From: Xylographa opegraphella
Lineage: Eukaryota
Direction of reading: 5' to 3'
DNA length: 64,000 nucleotides
Assembly (NCBI GenBank): GCA_022813865.1
Contig: JALDZX010000009.1
Coordinates: forward strand, 248,001-312,000
Below, in pieces: positions 35,539 through 49,035 of the stretch. The first letter of the stretch is position 1. Each line of letters begins with the position of its first letter. A program made the position numbers and the translations under genes. The notes under the pieces are model-generated. The model saw nothing but the letters and a program-made list of their open reading frames with translations, searched no databases and had not been told where the DNA came from.

Positions 35539-38191
35539 ATGGAGGCTCCAGTTAAACCAGTATCTACGTCGCTCTTTCAAGTCTACCTGCGCCTTCGACC
35601 CCCGCCAGTCACAACTGCATCACAACCAGCGCAACAATTTTTCTCTCCTCAGCTCAACGTTGCAGAGAGATTCTTGACCGTTGAACCGCCAGAACGAGAT
35701 TCTATCGATGGCTCGCGGACTCATATCACACTGCAGCCACCTAGCGACTCGAGGAAAAGAGCTGTGGAAAAATTCGCATTTACCAAAGTGTTCGAAGAAG
35801 ATACATCACAATTAGACATTTTCAAAGGAACAGGTGTCATTCCTCTGGTGGAAGGCGTTCTCGGAGAAGGTAGAGATGGATTGCTTGCTACACTCGGAGT
35901 CACTGGCTCAGGCAAGGTCGGTGATTGTGCTAACGAGAATCTACCTGGAGCTAATAAAAATGCTAGAGCCATACGATACTGGGATCGAAGTCGCAACGAG
36001 GTCTAACTCAATTAGCACTCGATTTAATGTACCGATCGCTTGATCGAAAGATTATACATCCCAACACGAATCCATATCTTATCTCATCCTTGGTTGCGGC
36101 GGATGGCTCCGAGGCGCATATTCTACCAGCTGCAGGGTTCTTGGACGGAATATATGGAGACATGTTACAGGACCGCAATATCTCAAGAGCTGCAACCCCA
36201 ATGACGGTAGGCGAAGAAAAGATTTCATACAACACCCAGAAAGATAGAGGCCTTTGGAATCAATGGTCGATCCTTGGGCTCAGTACCGGGCCATCGACAG
36301 ATAGGCCTGAGCCGCAGCATAAGAACAAGCACACCCTCATCCCTAAACTCATGAATAATTTCCCAGATAACTCACAAGACAATCCTGAAATTCCCTCCAA
36401 ACTACCTTTTTGGAATTCCCCAAGAATTACGAGAACGAAAGCTAAATTACGCTTCGGCAATATTTTACAGGACACCACGTTCATCCCGACGATACCTCGA
36501 CGCCATATTCCACAGAGGCCCTCGTTGCTTCCTCAAGTACCCGACATCAGTACATTTGTGCTACCCAACAGCCCAGATACTGACTATGCAGTCGTGGTTT
36601 CTATGTATGAAGTATATAACGACCGCATCTTTGATCTCTTAGCGCTTCCATATAATCCGAAGGACACTCGCCGGAGACCTCTACTATTCAAATCCACCGA
36701 AGGATCCCCTGACCGCAAAATCGTGGCTGGCTTGCGCAAAATTGTTTGTGGTAGCTATGAAGAAGCGCTAATGGTGCTCGAGACAGGTTTGATTGAACGA
36801 AGGGTTGCAGGTACTGGAAGTAATAGTGTGAGCTCCAGAAGTCATGGCTTCTTTTGCGTTGAGGTGAAGAAGCGAGCAAGGGGCGGTTCGCCGAGTTTAT
36901 GGCACGGAGCACAATTGACTATCGTGGATCTCGCTGGTACTACCTATTCAACCTGACGTGGAAGCGCAACTTCTGATTTTATCATAGGTTCAGAGAGAGC
37001 GCGGAATGCAAAAACAGCGGGTACAACTCTTGTAGAAGCCGGAAAGATCAACGAGAGCTTGATGTATCTTGGGCAATGTTTGCAGATGCAAAGTGACTGC
37101 AACGATGGCAACAAAGTAAGGCTCTACACCACTCAGGGTGAGAGGAAACTGACAAAAGTGAAGTCGTCCATCGTTCCCTTCCGCCAGTGCAAGCTTACCG
37201 AGCTTCTCTTCTCCAACTCTTTCCCTTCATCATCCCAGCATGCTTCAATGCATAGTCATAATCACCGAAATCCACAGAAAGCTGTCATGATAGTCACTGC
37301 TGATCCCATAGGGGATTTCAACGCTACATCACAGATTCTCCGATACTCAGCCCTTGCTCGAGAGGTAACTGTTCCTCGGATACCATCTGTCGCAAGCACC
37401 ATATTTTCTACCAATGGGAATCAAGACAACAGCAAGCCACCTTCTCGTGACGGTGAGCGAGCTAAGCCTCTTTTCAATGCACGAGATGTGGAGGTGCTTG
37501 CTATGGACGTGATTAGACTGGGTGATGAAGTGGAAGTGCTAACGGTACGGCTGTCAGAGGAACAAGCAAGAAGACGAGAAGCAGAATTGGGATGGCAGCG
37601 AGCTGAGGAGAGGGCCGAGGAGATAGAAAGAGAAGTTCGTGAAGAATACTGGATCGATATGGAGAAGAGAGTAGAGGAGGAGAGGAGACGATGGATGGGA
37701 GCTTTGGGAGACGAAGTATGGAAATTATTTTCAATTTAATAGTAAACAACTGACTGTTGTCTAGGCCGATCGTAACGATGAGCACCTGGATCGCAAGCTG
37801 GAGATACTATCGCGTGGAATACAAGGCAAGGAACTCGCTACGGTATTTTGGAAGAGCTTTGCTGACCTATGCAGTCCACGAGGATCAACCGGTAGACACG
37901 GAGCAACGGGTATCAGAGCTCGAACAAGAAAATGCCGGTCTACTTCGCCGATTGGCGGCTCTCGAGCAAGAGCTCCAGTGCCGCTCGCCGACCAAAGCAC
38001 CCAAGGTCAAAATGTCCCATGACCTGAGCAACAGCCGTGAAGTCGACGATGGAGACGTACTTCGTGTCAGACCAGCGGACCTCAATCAAACGGTCCCGTC
38101 AGTCAAGACCCCAGGACGGAAAATCCGAAAGTTGACACCACGAACCCCGGCTTATGCCGATGAGAATTTTGATCTGCTGAGTAGTCCATAG
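35539..38191 (+). CDS. Kinesin motor protein, probably kinesin-6 (MKLP/Klp9-like), multi-exon
   Basis: VYLRLRP, P-loop GVTGSGK|SHT, switch I NSVSSRSH, switch II VDLAG|SER, VPFRQCKLTELL; very long insertion between the P-loop and YEVYNDRIFDLL; C-terminal coiled coil. Confidence 0.92.
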
Positions 38192-39603
38192 AGGAGGTTA
38201 GGATAGTGCACGGTCGGAGTTGGAGTGGCGTTGTAACTTCTTAGGATACCCCGAACTGGATGTTATGTTTGGTGCCAACAGACACGGGGATTTATGATTT
38301 GCTAGTTGCCCTGAACACCAATCACTTAATTCTGGAAACATTTCATGTACAGATAAGCTTATTCGTCTCAGCATATGGTCGTCTTTCGAAAGGTGAAAAG
38401 CTCGTTCGTCCCACAGCCTGGCGCGTAGCTCTTCAGAATAATATAAGCGACAGCCCCATATGATGGAGGATCCGACCACTTCTCAATCACACGATCTTGC
38501 TGCGCAAACGAAACAACATCCGTGTACGGACGCAAATGCAAGTTGGCATCTCAGATTACTCTGTCGCATTTCCTCCCAGCCGGAGCATAATCAGTCCTCC
38601 AAATCCACCCGTATTATATTCTGGCAGAAAGCAACAGTCGAATTTTGCGCTGCGCCTCACCATTATCCAAGACAACGAGACCGCCGAACATTTATGTGTT
38701 TTGAAGTACGCAATCATTGTTCGTATTTGGAATGGTAGCTTTAGAATCAATCTGTATTCGAACCTCGTAGAGGCAGTTCTTTAACGAAGAATGGAGCAGA
38801 GTAGAGTATGCAGGATCGAATAACACGTGGCACTAGCGCGTTCTAGAATTTCTACACATGATCGTTATTATTTGCAGTTTCCAACTTCACAAGCTACCTT
38901 ACGATGTCGCATCAGCTGAATGAATAATTTCAGGAAATAGGTGCGCCTCGAGGACATCACCATACATGCACATTGCCAGAGTAAGTCCAGACAACGCATA
39001 GTCATTCCACAGGGTCAGGCATCCATCGTCAATGGTTCTGCAATACCAGACTTTCATGTCTCATCGCTCTGGCTTATAGGTCCCAGTGTTCCAGAGCGAT
39101 GCTTCAGTCTGTCTCACTCTTGGACAGGCAGTTGTATAAACACCTGTTGTATATGTCTCTCGGTTCGTCTTGCATTATTATTGCTTCTGGTAGTCGACTG
39201 AAGTGTGTCACGATATAGAAATATTGCTACATCGGTAGGGCTGCTCGCCGCCCAACTCTGCCTTCCTTATGACCCCGTCTCTGACTTTGAACCATGAGAA
39301 TTGGCTGTCATGTCTTCCAGCTTCACAGTCGAGTGGTATTGTTTCTCGCAATTGTTACGCAACGTTTTACGAGCAATAGCGCTGGCATTACTTGTAGGAT
39401 TCGTGCGGGTCTGTGTTTGCTGTTTAGGATATCCGACCTGGGGCTCATGGTAACGGAAGGATACCATCGCGGGTCATCTCAAACCAACAAGCAACTTGTC
39501 TTAATACTTGTCCTGTCTAGTCTATTAGCTACCTCGATATTTTTCTGCAATCAACAGAATCAGGGCTACTAATGACAACCTCTTCTTCGACCGATTATGC
39601 AGA

Positions 39604-40900
39604 ATGCTTTCCTACGCTTCGTCGTTCAAGCGTTACGATGTTCTGATATTGTTTTTCATTCTTATTCTTATATGGCAGATCACACATTTCATACCGTTGG
39701 GACCATATAGCCTTCCCAATCTCGATGACATCGTCACTCATGCTGGACATCATGATTCCACTGACTTGACCGCTGGCAACGCGACCCTTGGTGTATGTTC
39801 TCAACAACTATGTGCATGTATATTATCCTAACAGTTTGGGCAGTTCCAAGCCATCATCTCAGTATCAGCTGAGAATCGCAACGATGCACATGCTTGGCGG
39901 CAAGATGGCCTGATCAAAGCCGCCAACAGAACAGGACTCTTTGTTCATATTCCCCGGCAAAGAGATGTCACCTTCAAAGAGCTCAAGGATCTTCGAGATG
40001 GCAAAGTCGATGGCGATGGTAAAGCTGTCGAGGATTCCCCCCACCCGAACGAAGGTCAGGCTCTGGCATGGCTTGCTCATATAAACACCCTTCAAAAGTA
40101 GGTCACATTGACGAGACGCCACACTGCGACTCTGTCTGTCGTGACTGGACTAACTCAACCTGTCCCTCAGCATCATCGACACCAACACCACCACAGCCCT
40201 CATCATCGAAGATGACGCTGACTGGGATATCGCCATCCGCTCCGAGACCCTCCCCATCGCCTCCGCCGTCCGCTCACTCACGAACGCCTCCTCCCAGCCC
40301 GAACTCTACCCCTACGGCACCGACTGGGACGTCCTCTGGCTGGGCCACTGCGGCGACATCTTCGGCACCACCAGCCCCTCCACCATCCAGTTCTCCGACC
40401 CTACCGTCCTGGCGACCAACCTCCTCCGCAACGTCTGGATCGGCACCTCCTATGCCGCCTTCCCGAACCACACTCGCAACGTCCACTATGCCGGCGGACC
40501 GATGTGCACCTTCGCTTACGCGGTCACCCTCCACGGTGCGCGGAAGCTGAAGCAGTGGGCCTCCACCACCGGCGAGGCCTTCGACGTCAAGATGCACCGC
40601 GGCTGCGTCGATGGCGCCCTGACATGTTTGACCGCCACGCCGGAGGTGATGCACCATCAGCGCATGCTGGGCGCGCAAGCGCTGTCGAATGCCGATATGG
40701 TCGGCGATGATGAGAGCGAAGGGGACGCGGGGGCTGGAGGCGAGGAAGGGCTGCGCGGTAGCGATGGAATCACGCTTAGGGGCCACAGGGTCTTTACGCA
40801 CAACATCATGCACAGCGCGCGCTGCAATTGGGACAGAGGGGACGAGGAGCTGGTGCAGTGCTTGCCGAACGAGGAAGAATGGGAGCGGTTCCAGACCTAG
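39604..40900 (+). CDS. Glycosyltransferase family 25-like protein, multi-exon
   Basis: N-terminal anchor, NATLG|FQAIIS, GSGMACSYKH, ALIIEDDADWD, PYGTDWDVLWLGHC, MCTFAYAVTLHGARKL. Confidence 0.8.
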
Positions 40901-41684
40901 GCGAACATTTGATATGCACGTGGAAGCTCGGATGCTGGCGCCTTGAGCTCAGCGCGCTGCTGCTTGCTAGCACATTATCCTTTCGAAGAACACGGGGGCG
41001 TTGGGAGTCCCAAGGACCGGTTACACCGGCTTTGCTTTCAGGATCCAAACCGCACCGGATGGGAATCGGTATCGGATAAGTCCATACCTTTGCACTGGTG
41101 GTACGCTGTGTCGACTCTGGGAGCTAGGAATGGCGGGCTGGCCTTCCTCCCTGTGCATCTCGCGCCCCTCCGTTCGCCACGACGGCGTGCTCGTGGATCC
41201 TCTGGCAGTGCTGGCGCGAGCGGGGCGCCCCGACCGGAACGGGCTGCCAGTTCAGCGCTGAGACACTGCGCGGTGGAGCTGGCTCCAGGAAAACCTGGTA
41301 GCCATGTTACTGAGACCTGTTGGGCATAGTGGAGCCAGAAGACAGGGCGGAGCCTCGTGCGTGGGGAAGGCAGGGATTCTATGAGACAACAAGCTCTCAG
41401 CCGAGGTCAAAGCGAGAAGAGAACTGCCTCCCCGATGTATATTCTGAGAACAAGGCTGCTGATTCACTGCATTGTGTGAAGAAGAAATACTGGTTCGTGT
41501 GCAGAGGAGGCTAAATGCTACAAAACTAAATAGTTCGCTTGCCGCTTGGGCTCGTGCCCCGGTCCTCGATCGTCTGATATGCATGCCACTATTCACAACC
41601 CACACCTCTCGAGCTCCCCTCGGGGCAAGAAAATGCATGTGCCCAGACCCCAAACCCTATTTTTACAAATCGTCCAACACTCCT

Positions 41685-43592
41685 TCACTCCGACACCACC
41701 TGCACGGCATGCTGCGTTTTGCCCCACAACCCTTCTACCAGCGGCTGCGGAGGCCCCACACCCAATTGCGACTCCTCCCGAATCACATACCCATTCACCA
41801 GCGCCGGCGTATCCACCTGTGCGTGCGAAGGGCCCACCTTCTCCTCTTCTCCTCCCCTCAGCTGACACCCCTCCCCCACCCCCCCCTCTCGCCCCTCCCC
41901 GTCCCTCAAAAACCGCCTCAACACCTTCCCGGCCGCATTCCTCGGAATCTCGCGCACGAGACTCACGCCTTCGACCCACTTATACCGCGCCAAGTCAGCG
42001 GCCATGAATGCCTGAATCTCGCGCAGCGACAGAAGCGGCTGCTCGTCGCTCACCGGGACCACAAAGGCGTGCGGCACCTCGCCGGAGAGGCCGCGACGGT
42101 CCGGGACGCCGACGACGGCGACGTCGCGCACGCGCGGGTGCCGCAGCAGGACGGCCTCCAGCTCGGCGGGCGACACCTGCCACGCGCGCACCTTGATGAT
42201 GTCCTTCTTGCGGTCGACGATGTAGACGCGGCCGGCGCGCGCGTAGGCGACGTCGCCGGAGCGGACCCACCCCGGGGAGTGGTACAGCGCCGCGGTGGCG
42301 GCGGGGTTGCCGACGTAGCCGAGGGTGGGGTGGCGGGGGCGAACGAGCAGTTCGCCGGGGTGGTTGTCTGCGGTGATGGGCTCGCCGGCGTCGTTGACGA
42401 TTTGGAGGGCGAGGCCGGGGACGGGGGCGCCGACGCTGTCGTCGGTGGTGTCGTCCGGGTAGACGAGCGAGGTGATCCAGCCGCATTCGGTCATGCCGTA
42501 GACGGGGACGATGTGCGCGGCGGCGGGGAGGAGGCTGCGGAACTGGTTCTGCACGCCGAGGCTGAGGGGGGCGCCAGCGGTCCAGACGTGCCGGATGGAG
42601 GCGAGCCGAGTGAGGGTGAAGAAGGGGGAGGAGATGGCCGCGAGCATCATGGCGGGGACCATGGGGATTTCTGTGATCTGGAAGCGCTCGATGGCGGCGG
42701 AGAAGGCGGCGAGGTCGAAGCGCGGCATGAGGTAGGTGGGGATGCCTTCTCGCAAGGCAGACATGTGCACGATGGGTGCTGCGAAGGCGTGGAGGAGTGG
42801 TAAGGATACTAGGCGAGAGATCTGCCAGGGTGTTAGCTGAAGTTGTCGGAGGCTTTGAGGTGATGGGATACTTGGTATGGTTTCCCGACGGAACTCTGCT
42901 CGATGAACGAGGCCACATCGATGCAGTGAGCGTGTGACATCATGGCTGCTTTGGGTAGGCCGGTTGTTCCGCTGGTGGAGTATAGCATTGCTGCTGTGGT
43001 CTCTGCTTCGTGAGCGTTGAGCGTCACCCACTCGCACGTCCCGTGCTGGAGGAGCTCAGTCCACGAACGATACTCCCTAGGTAGTGGCTGGTCGACGGGG
43101 TCACAGATGTAGATGTTCGAACTTGGAATTCCAGACTCGTTAGCGGCCGCTTGTGCTTTCTGGTACAACTGGGACTCCGTGATGATATATTTGGGGTTGC
43201 ATCCCCTAAGCTGACTGGCGAGCTCTGAAACTGTGTGGCCTGGATTGCCTCCAGTGACGCAGCCCCCCGCGCCGATTATGCCCAGGCAAAGAAGTGGATA
43301 GAATACCTTCCCGTGGTCAACGACTTGTGTGATTGAAGTTTACATAGTGACATACATGGTTGTAGCTTAGGATACAGACATAGTCACCAGTCCGTAGTCC
43401 AGTAGCCTTCAGTCCAGCAACGATGTGCCTGACAAGTCTTCTGGCTTGCGAAGCTGAGATTGACCTATTGGGTCGAGAGGTATCAATGATGATCTAGGGA
43501 GGTAAGTAGACATAAGATTCTTGGCTTTTGTCCCTTACTGCTTTCTCCTGATCATATCCGGTGTTCCCCAATGTCCATGACACAACATCCAT
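41685..43592 (-). CDS. 4-coumarate:CoA ligase-like adenylate-forming enzyme (AfeA-like), multi-exon
   Basis: YSTSGTTGLPKA, YGMTE, GELLVR, SGDVAY, IVDRKKDIIKVRAWQVSPAELE, IPRNAAGKVLRR; ATG 43592 (MDVVSWTLGN). Confidence 0.92.
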
Positions 43593-45145
43593 TGCAGCAG
43601 TTAATTCAAAGACGTTCGCAGCTTGATGACAGAGAGCCTTGCGATGATTGGAATTTGATTTTCAATTCACCCCTGAGATGTGCAAGTGGAATGTCTTTAC
43701 CCAACCGCCTGGAGGATGATGTGCAATAAGTTTTCTTTTGATTGTCGGGGTGTCCCGCGCTCTAGAAGCCAGAGCTACAGGACAGTACTCACAAGAGGAT
43801 GACATAGCTTGAGGGTGAAGGATATATAATATGACAGCGAACGTCATGAGCTACACAAGGATAACAGTACAAATGACCTGAAAGAGTGAATGACAAATAT
43901 GAAACGTCGACAGGATTCATTAAGTGGGCATAGGCTTCCATGAAGCGAGAGTAGTCCAACGCGCAATGAGCACAGTAAGGTGCTCCATCACTGTTACCTT
44001 CATTGGTAGCTAGCAGTGCGGCTGAGGAATCGTGGAGAGGGCAAACCCTGGCATTGACTGCCGACGAACGACACCATGAAAAGAACACGCAGGGTAGGAT
44101 GGATTCCTGTTCAGCAGGGTGACGGCACAATAGTGCTTTGAATCGTGGGGAGCACAGCAACGGCACTGGAAGGATTCTTAATCCATCGAAGGAATCAACC
44201 GACCACAACCGAAGTCGACTTGATGCAGTAAGGGTCTAGACTGCGCAGCCGGGAGACCCGCTAGGCTGTTTACGGAACCTCGGTGAAACATGGATGAATT
44301 CCGGCTCTCAAGTTAAGCGCGGTGGGACTGCTTTGGATATCTCGTGCACGGCTTGTTCGTGGCGACCATGGCCGCCCAGCGGTCCAAGCAGCTGGCTCGG
44401 ACTTATATTCCCATGCCGAGAGCTGAATGGCCGCCGCCTCTAGGCGACGTCAAGGACGGCAGAGATATCACTAGAATGCTTGGTAGTAGCTGATGTCAAG
44501 CCGTCCACTTATGATACAAGAGCAGACCACTTCGAGGTGAGTTATCTGCGAGGCTGCCGTGCCACCGCCCAGAGCTTCTCAAGGATTTTGGGGATCCTGC
44601 TTGAAAAATGGACTAGTTAAAGTGGCTGATGGTGGAAGGCCTGCTCGTCGATCTTAGTGGAGTTGACCCGCACCACCATCTCGCCTTCGGCACTTCGGAC
44701 CACTTCTGAATCACCACTTGAACAAAAAGGCGGGAGGAGGGTGTAATCCTTCGTTCTGATCCTTTTACCTTTCCATTCACCATGTTTGCTTTGATGCGGA
44801 GACCTGAGTCCTCCGCAAGGATCTAGGGTAAATGTTGGCCTCGTGATTGCACAGATAAATGGTGCAAGAACACGAGGAGGCACGGGAGAAAGACTCCACA
44901 CCAAAAATAGGGCACTCCAATGGCTAAGTATGAGCCGAATGGAGCTGTGAATCTCCCAATGTCCACCAGGCCGAGGATGTCGCGGCTACCACGTCTTCCT
45001 AATGATCCATGTTTTGTTGAGGGATGCAAGTTCAAGGCTGAATCGCTGGTCTGGTTAGAGCTTCCTCAGACCTTATCCCTGTATGCGTGCGTCTTCATAA
45101 GGAAGTCGAGTCTCTGTAAGCTATATCTATCAGGCTTGCTGGAAG

Positions 45146-46723
45146 ATGGCTTCGTGGCACGATAACCGAGGTTCTGTATTGAACGATGAAAGAGCTTTTC
45201 GAGGTGACCTATCTTCAATAATTGGAAGGCTTGACTATCATCCTATATTTTTACCGGAGCTTTTCCACGACTCCCCGAAGCCCTCGAGGTCGCCGATAGT
45301 TCACGATGCACCTTCAATCGTAGCTACGGCGTCGCTGTCCCGATCGTCAGCAGAGGATGTCGAGGCCGTACTCCCATACAAAGACGTGGAAATGCAATTA
45401 CCTGCCAAACGACAAAACCGTCTGCTAAGAAACATTCGACACAAGTTCCTGAATGTCTACAAGAGACTTTTTTCCATATACGTGGTTGCAAATCTTATCG
45501 CCCTGGTTATCGTCCTGTCTCAAAGCAACACGGGCAGTTTGAGCTCGGCATCGAATCTCAGTATCCCTATTTCCATAAATGTCCTTGTCGCGGCGCTCTC
45601 AAGGACAGAATACGTTATCAACATGCTTTTTACTTCGGTCGTATGGATTCCTCGGACGGCTCCGCTAAGACTCCGACGCGTTGTTGCCAAGGTGTATGAA
45701 TATGGCGGCATTCATAGCGGTGCCGGTTTCTCTGCAGCCCTCTGGGTGGTCGCTTTCACCATCCAGATGACTCGAGCCTTCTTGTACGATGAGACTTTCG
45801 AGTCATCAATACTGGCCTTCACATATCTCTTGTTCTTCTTCCTTTTGGCTATCAGCATGTCTGCGTATCCCACCTTTCGCCGAATGCAGCACAACTCCTT
45901 CGAAGCGATCCATCGCTTCGCTGCTTGGATATCTGTAGCACTTTACTGGGTATTGATTATGCTGATATCGAGCTCGCTCCATAAGCAAGGCGGAGTCTCG
46001 TTCGGTCATGTACTTATCATCTCTCCATCTTTTTGGATCTTGTGCGTCTTGAGCTTCCTCATTGTCCTACCTTGGCTTCGCTTGCGCACGGTCAGCGCTC
46101 GGCCAGAACACCTCTCGAAACATGCGATTCGGCTTCACTTCGACTATACGAAGATTGGACCCTGTCAAGGATTACGAATTTCAACTCGGCCATTGCTGGA
46201 GTGGCACTCCTTTGCGACAATTCCCTCTAGAAGCTCCGGAGACTTCTCTATCCTCGTCTCAAACGCGGGAGACTGGACGAAAGCCAACATCCAATCGCCG
46301 GTTCCAAAGTATTGGGTCAAAGGAATCCCTGTAACTGGCTTTCTCCGCGTAGTCCAACTTTTCCGAAAGGTTGTAATCGTCACAACTGGTTCAGGAATTG
46401 GCCCTTGTCTTTCTGGCTTGATTTATGCGCAACAAGCTGGCACTCCATTACAATGTCGCCTGCTCTGGTCAACGCGGGACGCTGAACCAACGTATGGGAG
46501 AGAAGTTGTTGAGGAGGTACTTCGAGCAGACCCACGGGCCATCATACTCAATACAAGGCCTGGTTCGCCAAGGCCTGATCTGGTAGCACTCACATATCGA
46601 CTCTATATCGAGTCGGGAGCAGAGGCGGTGTTTATTATTTCGAATCCAAAGCTAACTTATAAAGTGAAATACGGTATGGAGAGTCGTGGCGTTCCCGCTT
46701 ACGGACCGATATTTGATTCTTGA
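45146..46723 (+). CDS. TmpA-like membrane flavoprotein (TM helices plus FAD/NAD(P)-binding domain), no introns
   Basis: KVYEYGGIHSGA, HNSFEAIHRF, LEWHSFATIP, SNAGDWT, TTGSGIGPCL and terminal YGPIFDS. Confidence 0.85.
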   Translation: MASWHDNRGSVLNDERAFRGDLSSIIGRLDYHPIFLPELFHDSPKPSRSPIVHDAPSIVATASLSRSSAEDVEAVLPYKDVEMQLPAKRQNRLLRNIRHKFLNVYKRLFSIYVVANLIALVIVLSQSNTGSLSSASNLSIPISINVLVAALSRTEYVINMLFTSVVWIPRTAPLRLRRVVAKVYEYGGIHSGAGFSAALWVVAFTIQMTRAFLYDETFESSILAFTYLLFFFLLAISMSAYPTFRRMQHNSFEAIHRFAAWISVALYWVLIMLISSSLHKQGGVSFGHVLIISPSFWILCVLSFLIVLPWLRLRTVSARPEHLSKHAIRLHFDYTKIGPCQGLRISTRPLLEWHSFATIPSRSSGDFSILVSNAGDWTKANIQSPVPKYWVKGIPVTGFLRVVQLFRKVVIVTTGSGIGPCLSGLIYAQQAGTPLQCRLLWSTRDAEPTYGREVVEEVLRADPRAIILNTRPGSPRPDLVALTYRLYIESGAEAVFIISNPKLTYKVKYGMESRGVPAYGPIFDS

Positions 46724-49035
46724 ATATGTAATGATTTTGTAACTATCATGTATGCTATCGATTTTTGTAGATAGAGATGGCTATTCGGTCATGTTGTACG
46801 TAGATAAAGAAACGAGACGGCATTCGTGCTGCTGTTCCCTATCATTCAGTCCATTTAGAGCACATCGAATGCGACTACCCAAGCTGGTGAGACAGAACTG
46901 AATCAGTCATCATACTCTCGGGCAAGATTCCCAGTGTTCCATGATCAGATCATACTGAAGAATTTCAAGTGCCCAATGTTTAGAGCGACCACATGTTTCA
47001 TCGCCATCGGGCAGAATACTGAGAATCTAGCCCTTCCGGCAGTCGTGACCCTAACATAGCCTGGAACACATGACACGGTATACAGCTCGTAGTGCTAACT
47101 GATATACCTGATCAAGAAGGATCGTAGCCGGATTTGATTCGCTGCGTGCTTCAGCTGGAAGTGTGGACAACGCGCTCTCTTGAGTTCTTTCGTCACCCAT
47201 TTTATCTTATTTGGGAATTGGGTGTATGGCGGCAGGACAGTTTATCTTGACCGTTTTTATGCCATGAGTGAGATGATTGAGGCCCTCGTCACTATTTTAT
47301 GTTATTTTTTATCGTCCAGGTGTACGAACGATGGGAGATGTACTATGGTAACTGCTTTCTCCCGTACGAGTACTAAACTTACCTTATCTAGGATAGTATA
47401 GAATATAGTGTATCACGTGAGCGGCTTGGCTATGACTCTCATAACACAACGGTCGCATTACTACAGCGCTGTAGAGATCGAATCCAACAGCCTGACTATG
47501 TTCTCTTTCGCGCTTCGGCCAGCTGAGCCGGAACAGGCTCTCCTCCCGTTGTCCAGTCTCAGAATGTTCTGACGTAAAAGCTGTTCGTGGACGCAGAGAA
47601 TGAGCTCGATTGCGAATGGCGTGTGCGGCTTATGGCCGCCACAACACTATTCCCGAATAATCCACCATCCACCGCTTTCAATAGACAAGATTTACTGAGG
47701 AATTACGGAGCCTAATGTCTATGGCGCCTTTGATCAGCACGAGCAATATGGCACTGTCGCTGATTTGAATTGACCGGAAGAGGTCATTAGTAGAGGATGA
47801 TCGCTTCAGGAAATACTTGAAAGCCCAGATAAATCATCCGGTATTACATATGGACCTAAGTCTTTGTAGGGCGTCGTGTAGGCTGTGGATTACTACGCTT
47901 TAAATTACTTATAATTCTAAAGGATAGTCCAGTACCTAACACATCAGGTGATCAAAGAAAAGCACCTCAGAAACGCCTGGTGAAGCTACTATGGTGTATT
48001 AGGGAATGCTATTGGCCTTCTCAAATGCACATCCAGGCGCTATTTCGATAGTGAAGACGCTATCTGGCAAGAATGACTTTCTTTCGACCGACCAGTCCGA
48101 TCGACGGAGTTGAGCCTGTAAACCAGTTGGAGAACATTCAGAGAGTTGTCAAGGTACCCAAGCGAAAAGTATTGGGGCTTGCTTTGATGGCCGCGAAACA
48201 AGTCCTTACGCTATTACCGCCGCTTTTCGCGCACAAATCCGTCCATCCAGCACTATAAGGCCGAGGATTTTGAAAAATACCCTTTCAAATCCCCATTTCC
48301 GCTGATTCTGTGCTCATGACAATGTACTGAGCCGGAGCATAAAGTACCACGACCGTATCAAGTCAAGGGACATTCCTTGTCAAACGAAGAAGATTAGGTT
48401 ATTGAGGAGAGCCGAGCTCCCATTACAGACGAGGAGGGAATTCAAGCCTACTACCAGTAGTAACTCTACACGGAACTGCAGACTATGGCTTAACCAGCGA
48501 TTGTCTTCGATACCGAGGCGCACCGGATTGGTATTGATCTTGTTTTGGTGGAACTCAGCTAGCTCTTTAGCGCAATATAAGGCACACTAGCGTTTAGTGG
48601 CAAGCCCGTGGCTGTTGCTGAAGCGAGGTGGGATAGTACCGTGGCCCCAGACGCTTAGTCAACAGCATAAGTACTACCAGTATCGTTGCTATGCCTTCAG
48701 AATGGCATCGTATAAATCTCTGACAGAAACAGTGCTCGGGAAGCGACAATTTATTTGATTCCTCCAAAACGACAATGTCAATACGAGCGTGGTGAAACTT
48801 GCTTGAGATGATGTAGTGCACCGCCAGCACATCAAAGTTCACCGGACTGCCTCTCGCCAAGGAAAAGCCTACGTTCTAGATGGCCATATCCGATCAACCT
48901 ATCCCAAGAATTCCAGCTACCTAACTTATGGACACAGCCAGCCGGGGCTGACCAGCGTGTTAAAGAAATGCAAGCCCCAGTATTTAAGAGCCCTGAATAG
49001 CCTTCTATATCGTCTAATGAAGTTGTGCCGCGAAC

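Noticed and set aside
41472..42918. 443-aa plus-strand ORF and 307-aa alternative-frame ORF
   Set aside because: Shadows of the GC-rich acyl-CoA ligase exon.
47000..49000. Possible transposon or gene relic in the gap between the TmpA-like and HAD genes
   Set aside because: No transposase/RT motifs, terminal repeats or coherent frame seen.
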